From contig BCKQ01000003.1 in assembly GCA_001600695.1 (NCBI GenBank), positions 291,849 to 355,848 on the forward strand: a stretch of 64,000 bases of DNA, written 5' to 3'. Under the pieces are notes generated by a model. That model was given only the letters and a program-made list of their open reading frames with translations, was not told where the DNA came from and searched no databases. A program made the translations under genes and the position numbers. Shown here in pieces: positions 23,960 through 37,681 of the stretch. Every line of letters starts with the position of its first letter. The first letter of the stretch is position 1. The DNA comes from Ascoidea asiatica JCM 7603 (Eukaryota > Fungi > Ascomycota).

Positions 23960-25867
23960 TTATAATCTTAATTAATTATAATGATATATATATATATACT
24001 TTTAGAAGTATGTCTGTCTACTTGGGAAATTTTATATAATAAAATTATATTATGTTATGTTATGATATGTTATGATAAATGATAAATGGTAAATTATATA
24101 TATAATTTATATATTTAATTAAACAAAGGTAATAATGAATGGGATAAATAAACATATATACGCTCAACTCAATTAAATTTAATTTTCCTCATAAACTATT
24201 CTCTACTTATTTTTCTAATTATTTTTTTCATCTATTTTTCTATTAAAAAATATAATATTCAAATCTATTTGAATTCCTTTGATATTTTTTGAAATTTTTT
24301 TTTTTTACAATACTTTAATACTTTAATACTTTAATACTTTTAATACTTTGATTATTTTACTTATTTACGTTCAATTGATTTATATTATCAGAATATTGTC
24401 GCTTTTTATTTATTACTATTTTTATAATTATTATCGTTATTACCATTGCTATTATTATTATTATTACTACTATTATTACAATTATATTATTATTATTATT
24501 ATTATCGTTTTCCTTATCCTTAGTTCCTTTTTTCAAATAACGTTACTAATTTTTTTATTCTTTCTAACAATACTTTTTACAATTGATTCAAATTCTTGAT
24601 TTACAAATTTTTATTCTATTTAATTTCACATTTCATTATTTTAAAAATTTCTATTTTACTATAATATCGTATTGTGAGGTATTTATTTACTTATTTTACT
24701 TTACCATACTATAGTAATTCAAATTTTATTTTAATACTTATAATTGTTTTTTTTTGTTTTCATTTAATCTACATTTAATTTATCTAATTTATCAATTCAA
24801 TCAACTATATATTTTGAACTTAATCCTCTATATTTCTCAAACAATCTACTTCAAAAGTCAAATTGACTGATATTTCAACCCATTTCAAATTTGGTAATTA
24901 AAACTATTCTCATCATTCAAACTTACTCTGTTTTTTTTCTCAAGTCTTAGATATAATATCCTCAATTTCTTTAAGTTCTTTGACCTCTATTTTTACTATT
25001 ACTTCTATCCAATTTCTCCTTTAATTTGAACCAAATTTTTATTATTTCACAGTTATTTACCTGTTTTATTGTCTTAGTAAATAGGGGTAAATCCTCACAA
25101 GAGCAAAGTGTCCCAATTAGGAATAAAATCTCGCTTGAGACCCCTTGTTTGTTTTCCAAGAATCTTATTTTTTACCCGAAGTATTTACAGTCACATGTCT
25201 CTGCTAGGACTACCACAAAGATGATCTTAAATAAAACCTGAATATCAGCTGACCCGAGTCACATGATAGAAATTTACCCACGTGCTTGAAGTCCATCACT
25301 TCCGCTTCTTACGAACTCTTCTTGCCTCCGGATTTGTCTTACATCCGCCATTGTCAACTGTTTAATGCTGATATTGCAAATCACCCATGAAAAAGCATAC
25401 CGACACTAACAAAAAATTGTATTTATTAACGCTTTTACAATTTCGTCAATATTCAATACTGTAGTTAAATTCATACTCTATTAAAATACTCTTTATTCTT
25501 TTATTAAATTCTTCAATAATATCTATAATCTTTTAATTCTTTTGAATTGCCTTAGATTCTTTCATAACAAAACTATTAATGTATTTATAAATTAATCAAA
25601 ATATGAATCCTATTATTTAATTCCCATAACTTTCATTTTATTTTGATTTTGATTTCAAAAATATTTATTTCTATCTCATCGGGAAATAATCAACGATAAT
25701 TTGGTATAAAATTTTACTCAATAAAGAATTGTAAAAATAATCAAAGGATTATAGAAAAAAAAAATCTATAACAAAGCTTTAGAATAATTCATTTATTATT
25801 ATTTAGCCATATACTAAGAAAAATAGGAAAAATAGGATAAAAAATAAACTTTTTTACTTTAATAGAA

Positions 25868-27942
25868 ATGTTGGTTCCTCCAGCTAATTTTAACCTAGTT
25901 GAAACTGGTATATGTATGTTTTTTTTTTCTTTATTTCTTTTTTTTTAAATCATTAATCATTGAAAAGATTTTCAAGAGAGCTTAAAAAGAAATCAAAAGA
26001 ATCAATTACTAATTATTAAACATTTTTTCAACTAATTTCTTGAATTTCATGAATTATTTTGATTTTTTTAATTATAATTTTAGATCGATGTTCAAAAATT
26101 GATCAAATAAATTTTCAATTTTTAAAAAATTTAAATTTAAAATCAATTGTTTTATTAGATGTTGAAAAACCTTCAAGAGTTTTTAAAAATTTCTTAGAAG
26201 AAAATAAAATTAAATTATATCAATTAGGTAATCAATCTGAAAATGAAATTCATAATTATAATGAATTTGAAAATGATAATAATAATATTAATAACAATAT
26301 TGAAATTGATAAAAGGAAATCAAATATAGAATATATTCAAACTTATAACTCTAATTTCAATTCAAACTATAGCTCAAATTTGATTTCAAATAATAATTCA
26401 GTTAACAAATCAAATAAAAAATCAACCGTTTTTAAATACTTAGACCCTTCATTAAGTTCAAATTCAAATTCAAAGTCTGATGATTGGATGTTAATTAAAA
26501 AAAATTTAATTATAAAAATTTTTGAAATTTTATTAAATAAAAAAAATTATAATCTAATTTTAATTGATCAATCTCAAATTATTATAAGTTTATTAAGAAA
26601 ATTACTAAAATGGTCTTTTACTTCAATTATTAATGAATATAGATTATATTCAAATAAAAATTCAAATTATTTTGCTGAAATTTTTTTAGAAATTATAACT
26701 TTTAAATTATTACCTTCAAATTATATTAAAAAAGTTAAAGATAAATCAAAAGATAAAATAAAAGATAAATCAAAACATGAATTAAAAGAAATTTCAATCA
26801 ATAGTTCAATTGATAATTCAATTGATCAATCAAATTTAAAAATTTCTGAAAATAAAAATCAAATTCAAATTCCTTTATCTAATTCAAAATTAAATTCTAA
26901 ATTTAATTCAAACTTAAACTTTAAATCAAATAGTTATAGTCAATCTAATACAAATAAAAGAAATAATTTCAATTCCTATAATCAATTAAATCCAATAAAT
27001 TCTTATAATTCTTATAACTCTTATCATTCTCCAGTAACTTTAAATCAATATAATAATTCATCTAATAGTTTATCTAATAATACAAACATAGATAATAGCC
27101 CAATTAATAGTTTAGATAATGAATCTTCTAAATCTCCTCAAATTCCAGAAATATTACTAAAAAAGATTGAAAATAGAAAAACTAAATCAAAATCTAAAAA
27201 GAATTCAACTATAAAATCTGATGCTCCAATTATCTTAAATCAAAAACAACTCAATAAAAAACATAAAAAATCAGTTTTGACTGATAAATTAATCAAACTT
27301 AATCTAAACTCTAACCCAGCATCTTCAAATTCAAATTCAAATTCAAATTCAACTGATACTTCAAAATTTAGTCATAAAGATTACGATAATTTTTACAATT
27401 CTTCTTCAAAAGTTTCAGAAAATTCATATCATACTCAATTAATAAAAACAAGTACCATTTCAAATCATTCTTCTCATAATATTTCTCAAGATATAATATC
27501 GAAAACTATTTACAGTACTTCAAATTCAAGCTCAAATTTAAATACTTTAAAAACTGAAGCTAGTTTGTCTATAACTTTACCAAATTTATCAAAAATATCT
27601 TCTTCTACTTTAGATACTTCAATTTCTTCATTATCTTCTATAACATTATCTCCAATTTTATTAAATGATATGGATCACATACATGATATCAATGATATAA
27701 AAGATATCAATGAACTTAATAAAATAAAAACAAATCAATCTGATATGTTTAATTCAAACTTAAACAATGATTCAATTGGTGAAAATGAGATTAAGGATTA
27801 TAATTTTTATAAACCATTAGAGAAAAATTATTTTAATGTGAAAGTTATCAAAATTAGATTACCTAATGAGGAATTATTACCGGATTGGTTTATATTTCAA
27901 AGAGATATGTGGGAAGAAGAATTCAGTCTTTTAAATAAATAA
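25868..27942 (+). CDS. OCA4: Oca4-like Siw14/Oca-family (pseudo)phosphatase; join(25868..25913,26084..27942)
   Basis: Splicing intron 25914-26083 gives MLVPPANFNLVETGIYRCSKID; also DDWMLI, WSFTSIINEYR and LPNEELLPDWF. Confidence 0.88.
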
Positions 27943-30900
27943 GTTAATTATTAATATTTCAACTCTATAATTTTATTATTTTTTATATCTTTTCTAATAA
28001 TTTCTTTCTTTTTGTCTTTTTTTTTTCATTGAAAAAAAGTATTAAATCTGGAAATGGGACTAGCTAAATGTTTCATTCCTACTTCTTGTTTAATTGTTTT
28101 CATATTTTAGAAGTGAAATGATTGCAACCTTCATTATTTTCATATGTAATGATAGGCTTAAATATCAATTTCAAATAATTTTTAAAATTGAAACAGATGG
28201 AAATGATAGTTTTTTGTGATTATTTTAATTTTTGATTTAATTATATTTTTTTATTGAGAAACGTTTTCACAATGAAATTTCAAAAAAAAGTTTTATTCAG
28301 ACTTAATATAATAATATCCAAATATTAGGTGATAAAAATAGAGTTGGAGATTTGATGTTCGAAATAGTTAACAGCCCATTGAAAAAAACTAATGATTCAT
28401 TAAAATTATGACTTCGTCAAAAAATACTCAGCTTCTAGCAGAGAATGGTCCTTATGATTGGTTTTAAACTTGAATTGGCTGAACTTCTTAACTTGAAAAA
28501 AAAAAAAATTCAATAAAATCAGTTTCCCAGATAAAGAAAATAGCAAGCATGTATATCTATAAAAAATGATGATAATCAACCCTGAAATCGGTAAAGATTT
28601 GAATGAGATTATCTTTATTATAACCGAATAATTATCTAAATCACAAAACTGAAAAAGATTTTTATTTCGGCATATTTTTCCTTGAAACTTATAAATATAA
28701 TGAGAAAAAAACTAACTGTTTGATATCATAATATGACCCTAAACCAAAAATCAATTATTTTCAAGAGTATTTATTACGTTGGAAAAGTTTTTTGAAATGA
28801 ATTAGTGTGTTGTTACTATGTTTTTTTATAAAAAATTCGTAACTTAGTTTTCTACTAGCTTTCCTAGTTTATTCTTAGATCGACTTTGAAATCAAAGATC
28901 GTAGAAATAAAAAGAGAGGAACTTTGAAGGATGGAAAATTTGTTCCTAATAAAATTTCTCTTAAGGGAAAGATAAATTTGAAATTCTCTGGAACGCCTTT
29001 TTCGCTAAAACAAAAATAAGGGCTATTAATTAATATTTTTTGAAGTGAATTGAGCATCTTTTTTTCTGTGAAATAATATATTTCGAATAAATGGGCTGCA
29101 TTTTTTAAAAATTTTGATAAAAATAATATTTTTTTGTTATCAATCGAGTACGAAACTGTCATACGTAGTCAATTCAAATATGTTGAATTTTTTTCGCTTT
29201 ATATTCAAATAAATATTTTGAGCTTGCTATGTAGTTATAAAGATGTATTCAGAGTCTATCGCTTCTTGAGATTACATACAAACTACACTTATGCTGGTGA
29301 AATTTTTGTTTATGACTTCTTTTATTAGACTTTTTTATCGATTATCTTGTTGAAACAAGATTTTAACAATATTTTACATTCTAGAAAATTTTCTTCTACA
29401 TGAAATAAAAGCTTTCACCTTTTCCCAGAATATCAGTTGAAATTTTTTGAAATTTTTTTATTTTTTTGAAGTGATAACTACTTACAATAAAGTACCTCAT
29501 TGGAATTAATATCGATAGTTTTTGTTACTTTGTATCATTAAACTGGCTGGTAGTTTATCATTAAAAATATCTATCATTGAGCTTTCTTTTTGTTTTATGC
29601 ATCTTTTTTCAAAAAACAACAACCATCAAGGAGGCCAAAAAAACAAACATTTCTTTTTATTCAAATGAAATTCTTGATTTTTAAATGAATTATTTCTCTA
29701 AAGTACCTTATACGAATAAAGGTAGTCTTTACGAAAGTTACACTACTTCCGATAACCACAAATCTTTTTTTTTGAAAGCATTTTTTTTCCTTTTATGATA
29801 AAAGTTAAGTTCTATTCGTGATGATTTTCTAAATAAATCTATTACGAATCTCACTTTTTTTTCAAGAAAAATCCCTTGAGTCAAAGTTGAAATAGATTAA
29901 GTACATTTCAATAAAATTTGACAACATAAACATTATTAATCAAAAGCCATGATCAACGATAAATGATCTTAAAGAGGTAATCTAAATAACCGGATGAGCA
30001 CCAGAAATTTAATGAACAAGCTACAGCTAATCCTGGAGTAACATAAGCGAATATTTCTCAAAAATAATCATGATTATTTTCTAGAGAATTCTCGCAAAAA
30101 TCTAAAAAACAATTCTGGGATAAATTTTTCAGAATGCTGCCAGATTATTTACGTAAAAGCAAATAGTTATTAAAAAGCATTTACTGAAGAAAGAAAATAT
30201 CAAAGTATGGAATTTTATCTAAATTTATCTTCCTTTTTCAATTTAATCTGTTAAAGAAAACGTATTTGATATTCAATATGCTTATTTTTTATTTTAGTCT
30301 TGCTATTTTTTTTTTCTTGTGATAAATCGAGAAAATTTTTGAATTTTTCATTGCAATTGGTACGAAATCGATCATTATTTAAGTTTTTATGATTCAGATT
30401 AGGTTATAATTTTCGCTAAAATTTCTTTGAAATTATCTGTTTTTGATTTTGAATTAGAATATGCTAAATACATTTTTTGATTCTTGGTTTAAAAGTTAAA
30501 AGAAATTCAAAAATGTTCTAAACTCAACTTTATTGGTTAATGAAGGACGCAAATCTTGAAGGGAAGATTCTCTAACAGTTCTTCTGAAGTATTCCTATTT
30601 TCAATCAAATAGCATTATTTCTTGTCAGAATATTTTTATCGGATAACGCACATTTTGCAATTGTGCATAATAACTAGGATAGAAAAAAACCCTACTGAAA
30701 GTATTTTGCACTAATTCTTATCTGTTTATTTAAACACACACAAGTGAAATGAAAAATTTCAAGACAAAAGCACCTTTTTTATTCAGCTCTGTGAATTACT
30801 TTTATTACAGTATAATATTGCCTCAAAATAACAACTGGTAAACGTAATTTTAAAAGAATTTTTCTGTATTGAATTTGAATCTACCGACAAATACAAGATA

Positions 30901-33873
30901 ATAAAAAAAAATATAGTTGACTCAATAATTGGCTTAAGTGCCTTTAAATTCTTTTTTTTTTCATTTACCTCGAAGATCTTTTTTTTCAATTAAAAAAAAA
31001 AAATTGAATTTAATAACATATTCTTGCTTTGAAGCATATTGCATGATTTATTTGAAATAAAATTATTTTAAAAAACTTTTACTTGGAAATAATTTTCTCA
31101 TCATTTGTAAATACCTCAAAAGAACATTAATGAAATTAAAAAATATTCATTATTAGAAACTGAATCAAAAGCATTTTTTTTTCAATATTAATTGAAAAAA
31201 TATCCTTAAATTACGTAATATAATTTCAAAAATTGATTTCGGATTGACCGTATCAAAATGTATAGTAGTGTAAGCCGGCGTACGTATTCAAAAAAGGTTT
31301 ATGGGTCACATGTACATTCTTTACGACCACATTATGCACCTGTCGTAATTTACAGTCCTCGCCTTGCATAAATACGCGTACCCGTTAATTTTTCAGGGTA
31401 CTAAGATTATTTGATACATTTGTGATTATTGTAAAGTTATAATAAATTATGAAAATAGAAATTATTTGCACTTTTCCAGTAGGGATTACTAGAGTTTTTT
31501 GATTTTTCATAAGTGAATGCTTGTACTTGATATTTTTTTTTTACTTTCTTCTGTATTCTTAAGAAAGATTAGAAACATTAATAAAAGAGCAAACGGTGTT
31601 TTGGCCTCGTAGAAGCCAGATTTCATTTCGTTTGACTTTTCATAAACTGAATAGAATTGAATGTCTGTTTGATTTTTGAAGAAATAGATCTTTAAAATGG
31701 TTTATAGCACTGACTTCAATAAGATTCTATTATATTTTATTAAAAAGAATAGAAATACAAACCAGAAACCACCATGTTTATCAAGTAGGATTTTTTTTTT
31801 TTTTTTTATCTTAAGAATAATGAAACAAACTCAGTAAACTAAATTAAGCCTGCAATTAAAAAGTTTCCCATATTCGCCTTAGTATAAATTTTTCAGAATA
31901 GTGAACTTATAACTATAATCGTGCGGTATTTATCAACCGATACGTTTTTCAACTGAGCTTTTTAATAAAAAAAATTTATTTAATTAAATTTAAATAAAAA
32001 CAGATTTTTCCACATACAGTAATTAACAGTGAAAATTGAATTTTTTTGAAAAGACGATAAAAATGCTCTTAAAACATCATTTCAAATTACAAATTTTATG
32101 AAAGCTGTCAACCCAATAGAATGTGCATAATAAAAATCTTCAAGATATAATACAGTGAAAATATATTACCGTTCAAACGGTTGGCATCTTTAAAAGATTG
32201 GGTGATTTTCCTTTTTAGGTGTTTGAATGTTATTTTTTGTAACAGATTATACAATTTTTATAACAGAATATCTTTTGAACGATAAATTTAAACTATGATA
32301 AGCCAGTTACAAAAATGATGATTTATAATTCCTTAATTTATTTATGGTAAAATTAATTTTAGAGTCTTTTTTTGGAACAAAAATTATATTTTATACCATA
32401 TCAAAAAAGTTTCTTGAAAGTAATTTTTGAGAAGTAATTAATCATTTTTAGACTTTGATTAAAGTCTATAATTCAAGGGTTTTAGGGCTTATTTTTCATT
32501 GATTTCTTTTTCAATAGAAATTTCATTAAATTTTCTGTATGCTTCAAAAATTCAGAAAGATATCAAATAAATTTTCCAATCATCTCTCCTACTTATAATT
32601 ATAATTTTTACAAATGAACTTTTTTGAAGCTGCAGATAAATTATTTTCTTTTTTTTATATTACTCCTGGATTTTTGAAAAATTTCCAATTAAATTTCAGA
32701 AACTCAAATTATGAAACTAATTTCTTTCAACTTCATAAATGAAATCAATCAACTTCGATAGACTAATTATTAACAGAGGGTTTTATTCAAAAGAGAATGA
32801 AAAATAAATTCTGTATACCTTTGAAATAAAATTCGATTTTCGAAAGCAAAAAAAAAATCGTTCAACTTAGGCTTAAAAAATGGTGCAATTGAAATAAATA
32901 TTATTTATACTTCAATAGGTATTGTATTGATACTTATAGTAGACTAAAGTAATCTGTCTGTTAGCTTAAACTTGATTTAATTGCTTCATACAAATCACAA
33001 AAACTATAATAATTATGAATAGGCTGTGATAACGTCCTGGGAGGTTTTTGGGCTTTTAGTGTAAATACTTCTAATTTAACTAAAACCAGAAAATTTAGGG
33101 TCGCCAACAATAAATAATAAAATAGATAATAAATTGGATGTAAAGCCTTGAAAAGTTGGTATGAGACACGACGAGACACAAGTAGACCGGGGCTGCATTT
33201 CTTAAAGCAGCGTCTGACTTCAACCGTTTTAAAACCGAATTTTCAATAAAATTTCAAATAAAATCAGCCAAATTTTGAAGTACTTCAAAAAATTAAAATT
33301 TATGATTTTTGATAATTTGGTATTCAAAAACACTTACAGTAAGATCTGTAAGGTCATATTCTTGTTTAGCTTTTGTTAAATAATATCTTTTAAGATCAGT
33401 TCTTTTATTTTCTTACGATACTGCTTCTTAGACTGACTATGGTAATCCATTATCATAGGCTAATAATTAACATTATTAACATGTTAACAATCTTCAAAGT
33501 CCTCTAAGATTATTTGATATTCCATTACTGTACTTCAAAAAAGAAATAGTAAAGAAGAGCAGTTGATTTCATCCAATTTTTTTAAATAATGAAAGAATAT
33601 AAGTATAAGAGAATTTTCCCTTTTATTGAATTCAAGAACTTCTTTCTTATTTTTTAATTCATGAAGTTTAAATAATCTTTAACAATAAAAGTAAATAATA
33701 TCTTAATCAACAGCTAATTATTAACTTCTAATATTGTATCATAAAATATCATATACTAAAATATCTTATAATTTAAATTTAATAAAAACTTTATAATAAT
33801 AGTTTTCTTATAAAATCAAAATAACAATTTCAAAAACTTTTCAATTTTTCAAATTTACAATACTTCTTTCAAA

Positions 33874-34110
33874 ATGGGTTTAGTTCAAACAAGATGGATT
33901 TGTTGCAGAAGCATGAGTGCTGGTGATTGTTCCAAAATTCATGATGATATATATGATATAGTGGATGGACCTCGTCCAACTTGTCATTTCTGTGGTCATA
34001 AAGTTTGTTCTACTTGCAAAATTATTTGGCATGGTCCTCCACCAGGATCATTTACTGGAGCTCTTTCTCAACCTAAGCCAAGAAGATGGATAGAAATTAA
34101 TCATGCTTGA
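33874..34110 (+). CDS. 78-aa Cys/His-rich putative zinc-binding micro-protein
   Basis: WICC-x7-C...CHFCGHKVCSTC; AAAATG context; genome-typical A/T-ending codons; clear GC step relative to flanks. Confidence 0.8.
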   Translation: MGLVQTRWICCRSMSAGDCSKIHDDIYDIVDGPRPTCHFCGHKVCSTCKIIWHGPPPGSFTGALSQPKPRRWIEINHA

Positions 34111-36587
34111 ATAAAATTTCAATCAAAATTCCAAGATCAAAATCAAAGTTCAAAGATCTTTCAATCAATTTTTTTTATTACAATTATCATCTCCAATCTG
34201 TACAACTATAATCAATTCCAACACATTTCCAATCCTACATATATACTTAATTTATGAGAAAATGCTAATGATTTTTTTCTATCACTTATAAAAATGAATT
34301 TTTTAATATCCTTTTTCATCTTTTTCAAGAATCAAATTGCATTTTAGGTCAATAATCACTATCTGCTGTTTTATCTCTTTTTGTTAATGTTTTTATTACA
34401 TTTTTTTATATCCTTTCTTTACTTGGCTTTTTTTGTCCAATCAAACTCTAAATCATTTCCCAAAAAGGATGAAGATCAGTGAGAGCCAATAGATTTGGGT
34501 TTCATTATTGTCTGTTTTTCTGTTTTATTTTTTTTATTTGCAATTCGGGTTTAAATTTAAGATTGCTTCTTTTTTTTTCGTTATTAATTTAACTACTATA
34601 ACTTCATTTACTTTACATTCTTTGCTGGCATTTTTTTTTTTAAGGAAAAGATTTTACATTTCATTTTATTTCATTTCAATTTTTGAGGTTTTTTTGCAAT
34701 TTACAAGTTAATTTTCACAATTTCTAATGATAACTTAGAAACTTGGTGATTTTATTTCATTAAATTTTCTTCTAGTTTATATAATTAAATAATTTTCATA
34801 TTGGAAACATTTTGTATTATAATACAAACCTTTACTCTAGAGGTTAACTTAATGAATATTTAATAAATTTTTTTTATCTAATATAAACAACATTTATCTT
34901 CCAATAAGTAATACTGTAAAGTAGTAGTACTGATATATTTTATTAAATTCAATACTTGTGGCCACAAATTAAAAGGAAAGTAACAAGTTATTAGAGGTTA
35001 ACCCAAGTCATGTTTTTTTTTAGTGATTATATCTTTCAATTCAAGTGCTGATCAATGATCTATTAGTAAAAAAGATTATTAATAGAAAAAGAACAAAGAG
35101 CAAAAGTAAAGTTAATATTTTCACTTTAATTTTTTCATTCGTTTAATGAAGAAAATAAATATAAAGATATTGCATTGAAGTAAAGTTAAACGAAATAAAA
35201 AAAATTTGTAAAACAAATAAAACAAAAAATGAAATAAAATAAAATCTTTTACCTATCGGACTTTTTCACTACAGTAATACGAAGTCAATTATTTAATTCA
35301 AGGTCAAAACAATACCGAGATTAAAATAATTAAATTGCAAAAAAATTGAAATAAATGGAACCATACAATATATGATTCATATGTAGTTTAATATATTTTG
35401 AATTGGATAAAGGCTAATAGCAAGGAAATAAGCTATTTTTGTTTAAGTTTTTTTAAACTGTATTTTGAAAATCAGGTTGAATTCTATAAACAACAAAAAA
35501 AGGTTAATTAGAATAAAGATAAGAAAAAAGTAAATTGATTATAGATTGTAGGAGAATACCGATTTATATCACTTATAAAATACAAGATTCTTAGCTTGGA
35601 GTCAATTCGTTTTTGGTCTTTTTCATTTAATTAAATGATATACGGTATGATGATAACGTTAGCAAGAACGATCATGATTATATTTTTGGGTCATCACCAT
35701 ATCATTTCATACCATACCATATCATATAATAGGAATCAACAGTGTTTTAAAAGTGAGAAAATGTTTTAAAAGTAGTTTTGAGTCATGAAGGAAATATGAA
35801 TTAAATCCTTTAAAAAGTATTGGTTGAATCAATAAGGTGATATAAGATATATCTTATATTCGTATTGAGAACGGACCATAATATATGAATATGAATATTT
35901 TAGTAATAAATCAAAAATTTAGCCATGTTTCAACCAGGTGAATATAAAAAAGGTTTATAAAGGAGTTTATGAAAAAGGTTTAAAAAGAGTTCAAAAAGAG
36001 TCAATTTGAGATTAAGAATTAAATTTTTCATATTTTCAGATTTTCAGTGCTCAGAAACAAGTCCGGAACTCGGTACATGAGCAACCGAGGTACAGCCGAT
36101 AATCCTGACTAGCCGAAACCAAAATACGGATTATATTCTTCCGAATACGGATTTAGTTTAATGTAATTGATTTTATTCCAGAAATGGAACGGACAGGAAA
36201 AAAACGGGTTTGAAATTGAGACCAAAAATATGGTACTGATCTGACTAGCCCCTGCCAGCCTGAGGAAATCTTGAATTTGGCGTTGAGTGTGGAAATCTCG
36301 ATAGATTGCTTTTCTTAAGCTGAATTCTGTTAGAAACTCGATCAACGTGGGTTTTAGTTCTTTATTGCTTAAAGCAATCTCATCAGTTTCTTTTGTTGAA
36401 ATAGATTATCTCAGGAACCAAATGAATTAAATCAATTGAGTCTTCTGTTCTTTGGATATTTAATATTTTGTAATTTGATATCTATTGTTATTATTTTGTT
36501 TTTTTAAAATACTGGAAATTTTTGAAAACTCTTGTTCCTTTAAAGTATAAACTAATTGGAAGCTCACTTGAAATTTTGGAAAAGAAA

Positions 36588-37283
36588 ATGTTATCGAGTA
36601 ATAATTTAATATATTTCAAACAATTTAAACAATTTTCATCAATTTTGAATAATAATCAGTTTTTATTTAAATCCAAGCTTCAATCAAAATTCAATTCATC
36701 ATTTACTTCTAAATTTTTTTTCCAAAATTTAAAATTAAAGAACAATAATATACATAATTATAAGAATTCAATTTTATTTGGAACTAAACCAATATTTAAA
36801 AATAATAATAAATTTCCTAAATCTTTAAATCTTTCAATATTATTTGGTGTTTCGACTTCATGTATTTTATTTCCAACAATATTAAATTTCAATAAGAAAA
36901 TTTTAAATGATTCTTTAAATCAAAACTATAATGCAATTTCAATCAATCCATCTTCATTATCTTTACCTTCATCAAATATTAATAACAATTCAAAAAGCAG
37001 ATTCAATGGTAAATTAAATTATCAAGAGTTATGCCTTGGTTCAATTTTTGGTTTATTTTTAGGTGTAATTTGTGGTAAATTATCTTATATTTTAGTTTTT
37101 GTAACTGGTGGTAGTTTATTCATTTTACAATTCTTTGTTAATAGAGGTGTTATTAATATTAATTGGAAAGGTATGATTAATGTTGGTAAACAAAAAATTT
37201 CTTTATCAAATTTATTTTTTAATAGACCAAGTTTTAAAATCTCTTTTTTTTCTAGTTTTTTAATAGCTGCTTTCAATGTTTAA
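36588..37283 (+). CDS. FUN14: FUN14-family mitochondrial outer-membrane protein
   Basis: LNYQELCLGSIFGLFLGVICGKLS...LQFFVNRGVINI...FKISFFSSFLIAAFN; first ATG at 36588. Confidence 0.85.
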   Translation: MLSSNNLIYFKQFKQFSSILNNNQFLFKSKLQSKFNSSFTSKFFFQNLKLKNNNIHNYKNSILFGTKPIFKNNNKFPKSLNLSILFGVSTSCILFPTILNFNKKILNDSLNQNYNAISINPSSLSLPSSNINNNSKSRFNGKLNYQELCLGSIFGLFLGVICGKLSYILVFVTGGSLFILQFFVNRGVININWKGMINVGKQKISLSNLFFNRPSFKISFFSSFLIAAFNV

Positions 37284-37555
37284 TAATCTATAATCACATT
37301 TATCTTATCAGTCTTACTATTCTTCTTATTCTTCTTATTGTTGTTATTATATTATTGTACTTATTCTTATTCTTATTTTTATTCTTATATTTATTCTTAT
37401 CATTGTTATCATCCTTATTAAATAGATATAAAACATTATTTTTAATCAAATTAAATTATTTATCTATGATAATGTAAACTAACCGACTTGTGTACTTACC
37501 CGGACGAGAGTTTCTTAACTATGTGAAGTATCTTAACTGCCGTAACTTTAGTATA

Positions 37556-37563
37556 TTGCCACT
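37556..37563 (-). promoter_or_regulatory. PACE-like Rpn4 site AGTGGCAA upstream of PRE7
   Basis: TTGCCACT about 120 bp before the ATG; same 8-mer upstream of PRE8. Confidence 0.65.
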
Positions 37564-37681
37564 TTAATAATTTAAACAGTATGATAATAATCAATATATT
37601 AATTAAAATACTTGGATTAATTATTTATAATCAAGCTAATTTGATTAATAAATAAATATATTTATAATTATAATAATAACA

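Noticed and set aside
24348-24599. Tyr/Ile-rich ORF and an Asn-like tract on the opposite strand
   Set aside because: (TAT)n repeat; TTG start; minus-strand frames are interrupted by stops.
31230-31315. Point centromere (GTCACATG with a nearby TCCGAAA on the minus strand)
   Set aside because: Elements are in incompatible orientation, and the spacer is short and not a CDEII-like AT tract. Other RTCACGTG sites also lack CDEII/III.
33021-33060. AGGCTGT start resembling SRP RNA
   Set aside because: Internal T-runs would terminate Pol III; no helix 8 motif.
35640-35700. Box C-like ATGATGA / possible snoRNA
   Set aside because: No suitably placed CTGA box D on either strand.
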